DNA of 64,000 nucleotides, from NCBI GenBank assembly GCA_964474085.1, contig CAYYRJ010000002.1, positions 6,110-70,109 of the forward strand, read 5' to 3'. The notes below the pieces were generated by a model. That model was given only the letters and a program-made list of their open reading frames with translations. It was not told the DNA's origin and made no database searches. A program made the translations under genes and the position numbers. Source of the DNA: an uncultured Planctomycetales bacterium. Its GTDB lineage: Bacteria > Omnitrophota > Gorgyraeia > Zapsychrales > JANLHA01. Positions 26,954-37,451 of the stretch are shown in pieces (position 1 is the stretch's first letter; the number at the start of each line of letters is the position of its first letter).

Positions 26954-27454
26954 ATGTCCGAACTTTCTCCTTTTAGAAGGAAAAAAGTAATGAGCCAAAA
27001 GAAACCACTATCTGTTTTTTTAAGTGCAATTGAATTAATGCTTCTCGGCGGAGGTGGAGTATTTTTATATTCATCAGGTCTATTTCAAATACTGTCAAAT
27101 GACGTGGTTAAAGATCCAAAGTTTTTCATGTTTCTTATTGAATTCGCAGTAAGAATCATTTTTTATCTTACGTTCATTATTACTGGAATATTTCTTTTTA
27201 ATTTCAAGAAAAAGGCCCAAAAGACAGCCATTGTTTTATTAGTACTTCAATCTCTTGTCTTTTTTCATTTCTTTTCAGAATATCAATTTGCTGGTTCATG
27301 TCGAGAATTTGCAGACTGTTCAACAAAATATTACCAATTCTTTAATTTATCTAAATTACTTTTTTCGCTACCTTATTTATTGCCCGTCTTAGTTTTAACA
27401 CTTTTGCCAATCTATTACTTAACTCGACCAAAAATAAAAGAACTTTTCCAATAA
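26954..27454 (+). CDS. small membrane protein, hypothetical; first codons duplicate valS start
   Basis: 166 aa with four hydrophobic helices; ATGTCCGAACTTTCTCC at 26954 vs ATGTCTGAACTATCTCC at valS 27457; alternative start ATG 26993 (MSQKKPLSVF). Confidence 0.4.
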   Translation: MSELSPFRRKKVMSQKKPLSVFLSAIELMLLGGGGVFLYSSGLFQILSNDVVKDPKFFMFLIEFAVRIIFYLTFIITGIFLFNFKKKAQKTAIVLLVLQSLVFFHFFSEYQFAGSCREFADCSTKYYQFFNLSKLLFSLPYLLPVLVLTLLPIYYLTRPKIKELFQ

Positions 27455-27456
27455 CT

Positions 27457-30246
27457 ATGTCTGAACTATCTCCACGTTTTGATTTTGCTGCTGTCGAGGC
27501 CAAATGGTGTAAGTACTGGGAAGATAACAAAACTTTCCACGCTAAACCAAACCCCGACAAAAAGCCATACACGATCGTGATTCCACCGCCGAATGTCACG
27601 GGTATTTTGCACATGGGCCATGGCCTGAATAATACTTTGCAGGATATTATGGCGCGTTACAAGCGAATGAACGGTTTTGAAACCTGCTGGTTAGCTGGCA
27701 CCGATCACGCCGGGATTGCAACCCAAAACGTCGTCGAAAAACAACTGGCCAAAGAGGGAAAAACGCGCCACGATATCGGCCGAGAAGAGATGCTCAAACG
27801 TCTCTGGCAATGGAAAGAGCAATACGGCGGCACGATCATCAATCAATTAAAAAAACTGGGCAGCTCGTGCGACTGGCAGCGTTTGCGTTTTACGATGGAC
27901 GAAGGTTACAGCGAAGCGGTCAAAGAAGTTTTTATCCGACTTTACGAAAAAGATTTGATTTACAGAGGTAAACGAATCATCAACTGGTGCCCACGCTGTC
28001 AAACAGCATTGTCCGACGAAGAAGCGGAGCATCGCGAAAAGCAGGGCGCTCTGTATCACATCAAGTATCCCTTAAAAGATTTTCCTGACCAACATATCAT
28101 CGTCGCAACTACACGACCTGAGACGATGTTGGGCGACACAGCGGTTGCGGTCAATCCAACCGATGAACGCTATAAAAGTTTGATTGGCAAAATTCTTATT
28201 CTGCCAATCGTCAACCGCGAAATAAAAATCATCGCCGATGAGCTGGTTGATATCAGCTTTGGCAGCGGGGCTGTCAAAGTCACCCCAGCGCATGATCCCA
28301 ATGACTTTACGATGGGAACACGCCACAAGTTGGATTTCATAAATATTTTGGAACCCGACGCGAAACTCAATACCAATGCCGGTGAATTTGCCGGCATGGA
28401 CCGTTTTGAAGCCCGTGAAGCGATTATCGAAACTCTCAAGAACTTAAAACTTCTCGATAAAGTGGAGCCGCACACCCACGCGGTTGGCCATTGCTATCGA
28501 TGCAATACCGTCGTCGAACCCTATTTGTCTTGGCAGTGGTTTGTGAAGATGCAGCCATTAGCCGCACCAGCACTCAAAGCTGTCAAAGAGGGGACGATCA
28601 AATTTTATCCTGACCGCTGGACAAAAGTTTATTTAAACTGGATGGAAAACATTCAAGACTGGTGCATTTCGCGGCAAATCTGGTGGGGCCATCAAATCCC
28701 AGTTTGGTACGATGGGCATCTTCATGTTGCCGCAAAAGACAAGGAAGAAGCACTCATCAAGATTAAAGCAAAATATTTAGCGCAAGCAAAACTGCTCGGA
28801 AAATCAACTATTCTGTCTGATGATGAAATATTAAAAAGTCTCAAACAAGATGAAGATGTTTTAGACACATGGTTCTCGTCGTGGCTTTGGCCGTTTGCTA
28901 CCTTCGGCTGGCCCGCCCAAATCCCGGCAGCTTCGACGGCTTTCGATTTGACCCTTCAAAATCGAGGGACTACTACTCATCAGGCGGGCAAGCCCACTAA
29001 CGTCCAGCGTCCAGCGTCTAACGATCTAGACTACTTCTATCCGACTAATTCACTGTTTACCGCTTCCGAAATTATTTTCTTCTGGGTCGCGCGGATGATC
29101 ATGGCCGGCTACGAATTTATGGGAGAGGCGCCATTTAAAGACGTTTACATTCACGGCACGGTACGCGACGCTAAAGGACGCAAAATGTCCAAATCGCTGG
29201 GCAATGCGCTTGATCCGCTGGAAATCATCAATGAATATGGGGCTGATGCGCTGCGCTTTAGCCTCATCATAAACTCCGGCCAAGACCTTTTTATTTCCAA
29301 AGAAAAATTTGAAGGCGGCCGCAACTTTGCCAACAAAATCTGGAACGCTTCGCGCTTAGTATTGCTCAACACAAAACCAGAAAACAAAACTAACCCCCAA
29401 CCCCTAAACCCTAATCACCCTGACCTTGCGTCCCAATGGATCATTTCCAAATTTTATTCGACAGTCGCTTTAGTCAGTGATGCGATCGAAAACTACCGCT
29501 TCTCGGAAGCCGAAAACTTGATTTATGATTTCTTCTGGAAAAATTATTGCGACTGGTATTTGGAAATCATAAAAAATAAATTCTCCGACGATAATATCCA
29601 GCAAACAGCCTTTTTTATTCTCAAGGAATCTCTGAGGATGTTGCATCCTTTTATGCCGTTTGTCACTGAAGAGTTATGGCAAAATATTACGGGCGACACA
29701 AAACCGCTTTCCCTAGAGAGTTGGCCAGAATCCAAAAAAGAGTTCCTCAACATCGGCGCTGTTGACCAAATGGACACTCTGATCCAATTAGTCACCACGA
29801 TTCGCAACCTCAAAAGCCAATTAAATATTAAACCGCAAGAGCAAATCGATTGTCATTTAAGCGCCTCTGACCCTTCTGGAAAAATGATTATCAATAACAA
29901 CCAGGAAACAATACGCTTTCTTTTAAAAATCAAAAACTTAAACATCCACAACGCACTTCCTGATCTTAAGAATGCCGTCTGTGGTGTTATTAGCGTGACG
30001 GGTGGCCAACCGATCAAAGTCACAATTCCTTTAGACGGACTTGTGGACACGGCGAAAGCAAAAGAAAAAATTCAAAAAGAAATCACCCAGAAAGAAAATT
30101 CGGCATCAGCAATTACGCAACGCTTAAACAATGAAGGGTTTGTGAGCAAAGCTCCGGCGGATGTCATCGAAAAAGAACGCGCACGCGCGATGGCTTTAAG
30201 CGTAGAGGCCAAAGAACTCCAAAGCCTTTTAAAAAATTTGACATGA
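27457..30246 (+). CDS. valS: valyl-tRNA synthetase
   Basis: HIGH-class motif ILHMGHGLNNTLQD, KMSKS motif RKMSKSLGN, editing domain, C-terminal coiled coil; 929 aa. Confidence 0.95.
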   Translation: MSELSPRFDFAAVEAKWCKYWEDNKTFHAKPNPDKKPYTIVIPPPNVTGILHMGHGLNNTLQDIMARYKRMNGFETCWLAGTDHAGIATQNVVEKQLAKEGKTRHDIGREEMLKRLWQWKEQYGGTIINQLKKLGSSCDWQRLRFTMDEGYSEAVKEVFIRLYEKDLIYRGKRIINWCPRCQTALSDEEAEHREKQGALYHIKYPLKDFPDQHIIVATTRPETMLGDTAVAVNPTDERYKSLIGKILILPIVNREIKIIADELVDISFGSGAVKVTPAHDPNDFTMGTRHKLDFINILEPDAKLNTNAGEFAGMDRFEAREAIIETLKNLKLLDKVEPHTHAVGHCYRCNTVVEPYLSWQWFVKMQPLAAPALKAVKEGTIKFYPDRWTKVYLNWMENIQDWCISRQIWWGHQIPVWYDGHLHVAAKDKEEALIKIKAKYLAQAKLLGKSTILSDDEILKSLKQDEDVLDTWFSSWLWPFATFGWPAQIPAASTAFDLTLQNRGTTTHQAGKPTNVQRPASNDLDYFYPTNSLFTASEIIFFWVARMIMAGYEFMGEAPFKDVYIHGTVRDAKGRKMSKSLGNALDPLEIINEYGADALRFSLIINSGQDLFISKEKFEGGRNFANKIWNASRLVLLNTKPENKTNPQPLNPNHPDLASQWIISKFYSTVALVSDAIENYRFSEAENLIYDFFWKNYCDWYLEIIKNKFSDDNIQQTAFFILKESLRMLHPFMPFVTEELWQNITGDTKPLSLESWPESKKEFLNIGAVDQMDTLIQLVTTIRNLKSQLNIKPQEQIDCHLSASDPSGKMIINNNQETIRFLLKIKNLNIHNALPDLKNAVCGVISVTGGQPIKVTIPLDGLVDTAKAKEKIQKEITQKENSASAITQRLNNEGFVSKAPADVIEKERARAMALSVEAKELQSLLKNLT

Positions 30247-31094
30247 AAAATATCAACAACACCATCGACCGCATCATCCAAATAGCCATGGACGAGGATT
30301 TTGTCGATCGAGATGTCACAACGCAAAATCTCGTCGACAAAAATCAAATTTCGCAAGCCTACATTCTCAGCCGGGAAGATGCCGTCATTTGCGGCAACGA
30401 CATCGTCAAAAAGATCTTTAAAAAAATCGACACGCAGGTTAAAGTTTTTTCATATCATAAGGATGGGGAAGATATTAAAAAAAACGAACCTGTCATTTTT
30501 CTCAAAGGGCCGACGAGATCAATTCTTTCCTGCGAACGGGTTGCATTAAATTTTTTGGGGCATCTTTCCGGCATTTCAACATTGACCGCAGAATTTGTTA
30601 AACTCGTTTCCGGTACCAGTGTCAAAATTCTTGATACCCGAAAGACAACCCCGGGCTTGCGCGATCTTGAAAAATACGCAGTCCGCTGCGCCAAGGGCGA
30701 GAATCATCGCCGGGATTTAAGCGATATGGTGTTGATCAAAGATAATCATCTTTTGGCCAAAGCTCAAAACCTTTCGATGGCCACAATCATTGCACGCTTG
30801 CGCGCCAAGACAAAAAAGAAAATTGAGCTCGAGGTTGATACACTCTCCCAATACAGGGAAGCTCTTTTGGCTAAACCGGACATTATCTTATTGGACAATA
30901 TGACGCTTTCCCAAATCAAACAAGCGGTGAACATTAAAAAAAAGGCGGGAAGCAAAATCCTTTTAGAAGTTTCTGGAGGCATAAATCTTCAGAGCATCGT
31001 CAAAATTTCGAAAACCGGCATCGACCGGATCTCAATTGGCGCCCTGACGCATTCGGCAAAAAGCGTCAATTTTTCTATGGAGTTTGTCCGATGA
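30243..31094 (+). CDS. nadC: nicotinate-nucleotide pyrophosphorylase (quinolinate phosphoribosyltransferase)
   Basis: ILDTRKTTPGLRDLEKYAVRCAKGENHRRDLSDMVLIKDNH QPRTase signature; ATGA overlap with valS. Confidence 0.9.
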   Translation: MKNINNTIDRIIQIAMDEDFVDRDVTTQNLVDKNQISQAYILSREDAVICGNDIVKKIFKKIDTQVKVFSYHKDGEDIKKNEPVIFLKGPTRSILSCERVALNFLGHLSGISTLTAEFVKLVSGTSVKILDTRKTTPGLRDLEKYAVRCAKGENHRRDLSDMVLIKDNHLLAKAQNLSMATIIARLRAKTKKKIELEVDTLSQYREALLAKPDIILLDNMTLSQIKQAVNIKKKAGSKILLEVSGGINLQSIVKISKTGIDRISIGALTHSAKSVNFSMEFVR

Positions 31095-31762
31095 AAAATC
31101 GCAATAAAATATTTTCCCTGATCGTTTTTATTTGTCTTTTGGCCCTCAACCCAAGGGCAAACGCCCAGTCGCCTGAAAATCAAGGCGTTTACGACGATGC
31201 CAAAATTCTCGCCGGGTACGCCGGTCAATATTTAACGGAGGCGAAGTATTCTATCGTTGGGCGGATCAATGACGATACGCTTAATTTCTATCAAACGGCC
31301 GCCGCAATCCGCGTTTTTAAAGAAAAATTTGGGACAATTGTCGTCGGACGCGAAAAGCTTCGCATCGAAGAAGACCTGATCCGGCGCATCAACCGGACTA
31401 ATTCTGCGTTTATCGAAGTCGAGATCATGCACACCTTGTGTGTGCTGGACCGTTACAAATATTTTGACGCCATGGTCCCAGCGCTTATTTTGAAACTTGA
31501 TCATTACAATGTTACCGTTAATGAAATGGCCGAAAAAGCGCTGGACGATATCATCGCGAAAGGCAAAAACAGCAGCCGGGATGCGCGAATCATGTTTAAT
31601 ACATTGCGCAATGTGCTTTTTTTATCACGCAATACGCTAAAAAAAACAACTGTGCCCGACAGCCGTTTGGAGAGAAAACTAAAATTTCTTCGATGGTCGA
31701 TTAAAATTTTAGGCGCACACGAACTTAAGCGCCTACCCAAAGAACTTCTGCATCTTTTATAA
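31091..31762 (+). CDS. secreted hypothetical protein
   Basis: Signal peptide MKNRNKIFSLIVFICLLALNPRANAQ; helical, no recognisable catalytic motifs. Confidence 0.5.
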   Translation: MKNRNKIFSLIVFICLLALNPRANAQSPENQGVYDDAKILAGYAGQYLTEAKYSIVGRINDDTLNFYQTAAAIRVFKEKFGTIVVGREKLRIEEDLIRRINRTNSAFIEVEIMHTLCVLDRYKYFDAMVPALILKLDHYNVTVNEMAEKALDDIIAKGKNSSRDARIMFNTLRNVLFLSRNTLKKTTVPDSRLERKLKFLRWSIKILGAHELKRLPKELLHLL

Positions 31763-31766
31763 AATT

Positions 31767-33617
31767 ATGGCCGTGATATCAAAAAGGTCGTGGATCACAT
31801 TTATCACTCTGAGCTTTTTTTCCATCCTTGCATGGGAAATCTTTACCGCTCCCCAACTGTCTTTTATTAACCTTTCCGTCGGGCGTTCTTCCGCACTTAA
31901 AATTGCTTCCCAATATATGATCAAGGAAGTCGGCTTGTCCACAGCTCAACTGGCCACGTATGATCATGCGATTATTTTTAGCTCACGTGATAGCGCCGAT
32001 CGCTATTTACAAAAAGCCATCGGGTTTAAAAAAGAATTGGAATTCTTTAAAAAGTTCGACTTTGAACTCTTTTTCTGGTCTGTGCGTTTTTTTAAAGAAA
32101 ACCAAAAAGAAGAGTACAGCGTTGCCTTAAGTGCCGCAACCGGACAGGTGACCAGCTACACACATACCATTGACAACAGCGCTTACCGCCTACCCCAAAC
32201 CGAAGAGCAAGCCCGCCAAAAAGCGGTTGAATTTTTAAAAACGAAATTCAAATTTGATCCTCGCCTTTACTCTGAACAGACGAGCAACTCGCAAAAATAT
32301 GAGAAACGGGTCAATTATTCTTTTTCCTGGGAACACAATGACTCCAAAATCCCCTGGAGCAGTGATCCTGCAAGCGGCTGGGCCATCATGCATACCGGAG
32401 CGACTGTCAGCGGCAATGAAATCCTGGGCTTTTACAAAAATGGCCTAAAAATCCCGGATCAATATTCCCGTTATGTCGAAAGCAAACAAAATGTCGGCTG
32501 GAATATTTCTGTCTTGTTTCGAATCTTTTTTTATATCATTTTAACCGCCGCCATTTTTCATGTGATTATCCGGCGCAATAATTTGATAATGCATTCGGTA
32601 AAAAACTTTGCCGTCACTCTGACCGCGGTCATCTTTGTGTTCTATCTGGCATCGTATGCCAATAATTTTCAAAATATACTCTTCGGTTACCCGACGACAA
32701 CCTCTATGGCCTCCTACCTGTGGCGCAGTATCAGCTCGACGGTCATGAATACCTTTATCGCCGTTTTAGGAATTCTTATGCCATGTTTGGCCGGCGAATC
32801 CCTGCACCCAGAAGCTTTTCCAAAAAGAAAAGAGGGCACGTTTCTCTATTATCTTCGCACTTCATTTCTATCCCGGGATGTCGCCAGCGCAATTTTAATC
32901 GGGACATTCAGCGCCATCATCATGATCGGCATCCAGTCGATAGCTTTCGAAATCGGCCAGCGTTACTTTGGCGTTTGGATCGAATACAGCTGGATGACAG
33001 AACTATCCGCAAATTATTTTCCTTTTCTTGCCGCTTTTATCGTCGGGATAACAGCCGGATTTTCGGAAGAAATTTGTTTTCGCCTCTTTGGCATCAACAT
33101 CGGGAAAAAGTTCTTCAAAAGTACGTTTCTAGCCTGTTTGATTGCGTCGATCATTTGGGGTTATGGCCACAGCGGTTATCCGGTGTTTCCGATGTGGTTT
33201 CGAGGACTCGAAGTTACTTGTCTTGGCTTATTTCTTTCTTATATTTATCTGCGTTTTGGCATTATCGCCGTTATTACGGCGCATTATCTGTTTGACGTCT
33301 TCTGGGAATCCTGCGCGTATCTTTCTGGGAAAGCGCCTGCAAGTGATTTTTACAGCTGCTTAGGAGCTTTGCTTTTACCGCTGTTTTTGGCGGCCATTGC
33401 CTTTGTTGTTAACAAAAAAGTGCCCGAGCGGCGCTTGGCATGGAAATTAAGTGTGCATCAGCTTTTTAATCTTCAAATCCTCAAGGAGTATCTTGAGCGT
33501 CATCGATTGCTGGACTCAAAACCAGCTGACCAGCTCAAACACGAAATCGCTTCCCACGGCTGGGACTTGGCGGTTGTTGAAATAGCTATTGAAGATTTGA
33601 CAAAAAAGAAAGATTGA
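31767..33617 (+). CDS. CPBP-family (CAAX/Abi) intramembrane metalloprotease with large N-terminal extracytoplasmic domain
   Basis: GFSEEICFRLFG (EExxxR), IWGYGHSGYP (FxxxH) and AHYLFDVFWE (HxxxD) motifs in the C-terminal membrane region. Confidence 0.7.
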   Translation: MAVISKRSWITFITLSFFSILAWEIFTAPQLSFINLSVGRSSALKIASQYMIKEVGLSTAQLATYDHAIIFSSRDSADRYLQKAIGFKKELEFFKKFDFELFFWSVRFFKENQKEEYSVALSAATGQVTSYTHTIDNSAYRLPQTEEQARQKAVEFLKTKFKFDPRLYSEQTSNSQKYEKRVNYSFSWEHNDSKIPWSSDPASGWAIMHTGATVSGNEILGFYKNGLKIPDQYSRYVESKQNVGWNISVLFRIFFYIILTAAIFHVIIRRNNLIMHSVKNFAVTLTAVIFVFYLASYANNFQNILFGYPTTTSMASYLWRSISSTVMNTFIAVLGILMPCLAGESLHPEAFPKRKEGTFLYYLRTSFLSRDVASAILIGTFSAIIMIGIQSIAFEIGQRYFGVWIEYSWMTELSANYFPFLAAFIVGITAGFSEEICFRLFGINIGKKFFKSTFLACLIASIIWGYGHSGYPVFPMWFRGLEVTCLGLFLSYIYLRFGIIAVITAHYLFDVFWESCAYLSGKAPASDFYSCLGALLLPLFLAAIAFVVNKKVPERRLAWKLSVHQLFNLQILKEYLERHRLLDSKPADQLKHEIASHGWDLAVVEIAIEDLTKKKD

Positions 33618-33650
33618 CGGCACAAAAAATCTGGCTAGTATAAAAACACT

Positions 33651-34508
33651 ATGTTACTCAGACCTTTTACTTTACATGCACCGACAACGATAGTAGAAGC
33701 TGCCAAACTGCAAGCGACACTAGAGGACGCCCGCATTTTGGCAGGGGGGACGTTTCTTTTAAACAGCCTTAAACTTATGAAACGCAAGGGCTCCAAAACG
33801 CCGGCGCATGTGATCAGTCTGCGTAAAATTAAGGAACTCAAAAACATCCGCATCGAGAATAACACGCTGCTAATTGGGGCGATGACGATCGTCAATGACC
33901 TGTATGATTCGCCGCTTTTGACTCATAACACGGCGATTTTGCGCAGCGTTTGTAAAAATATTTCGACAAATCCGATCCGCAATATGGCGACCGTCGGCGG
34001 AAATTTAACTTGCCGTTATACGTGGACCGAATTTGGCTCTGTCATGGTCGCTTTAGAAGCGAATATGCATTTTATTGACCAAGACGGCCAAAAAGAAATC
34101 GTGTCCGCCGAGAATTTCTTTACGAATGCGGCAAAGTCGGACAAAATCTTTTCCCATGTTTCGATCAAGATTGATAACAGCGCTTCTGTCGCTTACCAGC
34201 GCGTCAAAAAATCTGCCAATGTCGATATTCCTTTGCTAGCTGTTTGTGTCAAAACCAACCTTGTCGAAAAAAAATTTACGAATACCCGCGTAACTGTCAA
34301 CAGCGGCAGTGCTTTTGCCCAGCGCGATCAAAAACTTGAAAACTTCCTAGACACACAAACTGCGCATCCGGGCCTTGAAATTGAAGCTCTTGACCATTTA
34401 GAAAGTGAAATTTATGATAAACGCAGCGACGATTACAAAAAACACATATTTCGGATCAGTTTAAAAAATGCAATAAAAGAAATTTATGACCAAACTCATC
34501 ATCAATAA
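33651..34508 (+). CDS. molybdenum hydroxylase FAD-binding (medium) subunit, CoxM/XdhB-like
   Basis: FAD_binding_5-like N-terminus RPFTLHAPTTIVEAAKLQATLEDARILAGGTFLLNSLKL, CO-dehydrogenase flavoprotein C-terminal region. Confidence 0.8.
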   Translation: MLLRPFTLHAPTTIVEAAKLQATLEDARILAGGTFLLNSLKLMKRKGSKTPAHVISLRKIKELKNIRIENNTLLIGAMTIVNDLYDSPLLTHNTAILRSVCKNISTNPIRNMATVGGNLTCRYTWTEFGSVMVALEANMHFIDQDGQKEIVSAENFFTNAAKSDKIFSHVSIKIDNSASVAYQRVKKSANVDIPLLAVCVKTNLVEKKFTNTRVTVNSGSAFAQRDQKLENFLDTQTAHPGLEIEALDHLESEIYDKRSDDYKKHIFRISLKNAIKEIYDQTHHQ

Positions 34509-35046
34509 AAAAGAGTACGATCTTAATTTAAAAGGCCACGAAACGCTTCTTGAAGTGTTGCGCGATCAGCTTTCGCTAACCGGGACAAAAACCGCCTGCG
34601 AAGAAAGCGAATGCGGCACATGTACGGTAACTATCGACGGAAAAGCCGTCTTGTCCTGCATTACACTGGCTGCCGACTTAGAGGGGGAAGAAATCACCAC
34701 AATCGAAGGCTTGGCCGATGGAGACAATCTTCATCCCGTCCAGCAAGCCTATGTTGATTATGGCGCTGTCCAATGCGGATTTTGCATTCCCGGGATGATC
34801 ATGTCCTCTAAGGCGCTATTGGATAAAAACCCTGACCCCACTCAAGAAGAAATCGAGTATGCTTTAGACGGTAATATTTGCCGATGCGCCGGGTACCCTA
34901 AAATTTTTGATGCGGTCCGAAAAGCCGGCGAGTGTATCAAAAACGGCGGGACAAAAACAGAAGAACAGATCGACAAAAAAGAAAAATTTAAAAACACAAT
35001 GGCCAAAGGCATAACGTACGAAGAATTTCTTAAACTTCAAAAATAA
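34486..35046 (+). CDS. molybdenum hydroxylase [2Fe-2S] (small) subunit, CoxS/XdhA-like
   Basis: CEESECGTCTV plant-type ferredoxin cluster and CGFCIPGMIMS...CRCAGY second cluster. Confidence 0.85.
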   Translation: MTKLIINKKEYDLNLKGHETLLEVLRDQLSLTGTKTACEESECGTCTVTIDGKAVLSCITLAADLEGEEITTIEGLADGDNLHPVQQAYVDYGAVQCGFCIPGMIMSSKALLDKNPDPTQEEIEYALDGNICRCAGYPKIFDAVRKAGECIKNGGTKTEEQIDKKEKFKNTMAKGITYEEFLKLQK

Positions 35047-35078
35047 CCACTAACCACCAACGACTAACCATTGCTTTT

Positions 35079-37436
35079 ATGAGCGTATCGATCAATTCTT
35101 CCCACGACCCCATACACCTTAACCCCGTCGGAAAAAGTGTGCCGCGTATTGAAGGCAAGGGGATCGTGACGGGTCAGACAAAATATGTTTTTGATGTGTC
35201 GTTCCCCAATATGTTAGTGGGCAAAATGATCCGCAGCCCCTATCCGCATGCTAAGATTTTAAAAATCGATACGACCAAGGCAGAACAACTGCCGGGTGTG
35301 CGCGCGATTATTACGGCCAAAGACACGTACAATATCAAGTTTGGATCCAATGAATATTTCTTTCCCCACACCGTCGACCAAATGGCCCTGGAGTCCGAAA
35401 AGGTGCGTTATATCGGCGATGAAATCGGTGCCGTGGCCGCAGTCGATGAAGAAACCGCTCTGGCCGCCCTTGATCTTATTGACGTTGAATACGAACAGTT
35501 GCCGTCGGTCACAGATGTTTTGGACGCGATGAAGCCGGGTGCCCCGCAGATTCATGAAGCGATGAACAATATCGGCGTTATTTTACCGGTTAACTTTGGA
35601 AATCCCGACCGTGCGCTTAAAGAATCTTTTCATGTTCGCGAAGACAAATTTTATGCCTCGGCAGCTGCCATGGCGGCGCTCGAACCGCATGTTTGCGTAG
35701 GCCAGTGGGAAACTTTTTCGAACAAAATCACTTTATGGGCTTCAAGCCAGGCGCCGTTTAAGTGCCGCGAAGCACTCGCCAAGACTTTGAAAATGGACCT
35801 CAACAATATCCGCGTCATTAAGCTTGCCGTCGGCGGCGGCTTTGGGGGAAAACTCGAAATGCTTCCGATGGATTTTGCGGCGTGTCTTTTGTCAAAAAAA
35901 GCCGGTGGCCTTCCGGTCAAAATTTGCTATAACCGTGAAGAAGAATTTTCTTTTTCCCGTCGCAAGCACGCGATGTATTACAAAGTCAAAACCGGTGTCA
36001 CCAAAGAAGGCTTGCTGACTGCGATGACCGGTGAGGTCATTGCCGACGGTGGCGCTTATTGCAGCTATGGCCCGACGGTCATGGCCGCAGCGATCATGCG
36101 GATTTTTATGGTTTATAAAATCCAGCATTTTCGCATCAACGGTTATCGTGTTTACACCAATACGCCGATCAGTGGCGCGATGCGCGGATTTGGCGGGGTC
36201 CAATCGGGATTTGCCATCGAGTCGCACATGGATTTATTAGCCAAAGATATCGGACTTGACCCGATCGAATTTCGGCTTAAAAATATTACGACCCCCAATA
36301 TGGTGACCGTCAACAAAATGATTTTGACAACCAATGGCCTTAAAGAGTGTATTGAAAAAGCTGCGGCAGCCGCAGAGTGGACAAAAAAGCGCGGGAATAA
36401 AGATTACTTTAAGACCGGCATTCTTCGTCGGGGAGTGGGAATTGGGATCGCGGCAGATGTTATGGGGTCAAAGATGTATAAGTCGCATGAAAGCGCAGGG
36501 GCGATTGTCAAAGTCGAAGAAGACGGGTCTGTTTATCTTTTTACAGGGGCAGCCGACACCGGACAGGGATCAAACACCGCACTTTCGCAAATTGCCGCGC
36601 ACGCTTTAGGTGTTAAATATGAACGGATCAAATGCACCTCCGGCGACACCGAAACAACGCCTTTTGACACCGGAAGCTTTGCCAGCCGCGTTACGTTTAT
36701 TTCCGGTAATTCGGCTTTACGCGCCGGGCAGGATGCCAAAATGCAAATTTTAGAAATCGTCGCGCAGGAATACAAAATTGATATCCATGATCTTGATCTT
36801 GTCGCCGAGCAAGTTATTAATAAAAAAACGAATGCCGTGCTTATGAATTTTGACAAAGCCCTCGAGCTTTGCTATTCATTTAATTACGGCAAACAGATTA
36901 TCGGCCGCGGCAGCTATAATCCGACGACAACGCCAATCGATTTTCGGACCGGCGAGGGAAATGTTTCCGGTAGTTATGGCTTTGAAGCGCAAATCGCAGA
37001 AGTTGAAGTCAACACCGAAACCGGCGAAGTCAAAATATTAAGCATGTGGGATGCGCATGATATCGGTAAGGCGATTAACCCGCAGTCTGTCGAAGCACAA
37101 ATCGAAGGGTCGCTGGCCATGGGAATCGGCTACACATTTACCGAAGACTTGCGTTTTAAAAATGGGCGTGTGGTCAATCCCAATTTTGCCAATTACCGGG
37201 TGCCGCGCTCGATTGGAATTCCGCAAATGCACTCGATTCTCGTCGAAACAAACGACCCTGAAGGCCCCTATGGGGCAAAGGGGATGGGGGAGGCTTCACT
37301 TTTGCCAACATCCGCGGCCATTGCCAACGCTATTGAAGATGCCTGCGGGGTTCGTATCAAGGAACTTCCGATTACGCCGGCTAAGATCATTGCCGGATTA
37401 AAAGCTTTAGACAATCTTTCACAAAATCATTCTTAG
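35079..37436 (+). CDS. molybdenum hydroxylase molybdopterin-binding (large) subunit (xanthine dehydrogenase / aldehyde oxidoreductase family)
   Basis: 785 aa; Ald_Xan_dh_C hammerhead N-terminus and MoCo-binding domains (GGGFGGK, AHDIGKAINP, EASLLPTSAAIANAI). Confidence 0.85.
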   Translation: MSVSINSSHDPIHLNPVGKSVPRIEGKGIVTGQTKYVFDVSFPNMLVGKMIRSPYPHAKILKIDTTKAEQLPGVRAIITAKDTYNIKFGSNEYFFPHTVDQMALESEKVRYIGDEIGAVAAVDEETALAALDLIDVEYEQLPSVTDVLDAMKPGAPQIHEAMNNIGVILPVNFGNPDRALKESFHVREDKFYASAAAMAALEPHVCVGQWETFSNKITLWASSQAPFKCREALAKTLKMDLNNIRVIKLAVGGGFGGKLEMLPMDFAACLLSKKAGGLPVKICYNREEEFSFSRRKHAMYYKVKTGVTKEGLLTAMTGEVIADGGAYCSYGPTVMAAAIMRIFMVYKIQHFRINGYRVYTNTPISGAMRGFGGVQSGFAIESHMDLLAKDIGLDPIEFRLKNITTPNMVTVNKMILTTNGLKECIEKAAAAAEWTKKRGNKDYFKTGILRRGVGIGIAADVMGSKMYKSHESAGAIVKVEEDGSVYLFTGAADTGQGSNTALSQIAAHALGVKYERIKCTSGDTETTPFDTGSFASRVTFISGNSALRAGQDAKMQILEIVAQEYKIDIHDLDLVAEQVINKKTNAVLMNFDKALELCYSFNYGKQIIGRGSYNPTTTPIDFRTGEGNVSGSYGFEAQIAEVEVNTETGEVKILSMWDAHDIGKAINPQSVEAQIEGSLAMGIGYTFTEDLRFKNGRVVNPNFANYRVPRSIGIPQMHSILVETNDPEGPYGAKGMGEASLLPTSAAIANAIEDACGVRIKELPITPAKIIAGLKALDNLSQNHS

Positions 37437-37451
37437 GGAGAGACAAACGCC

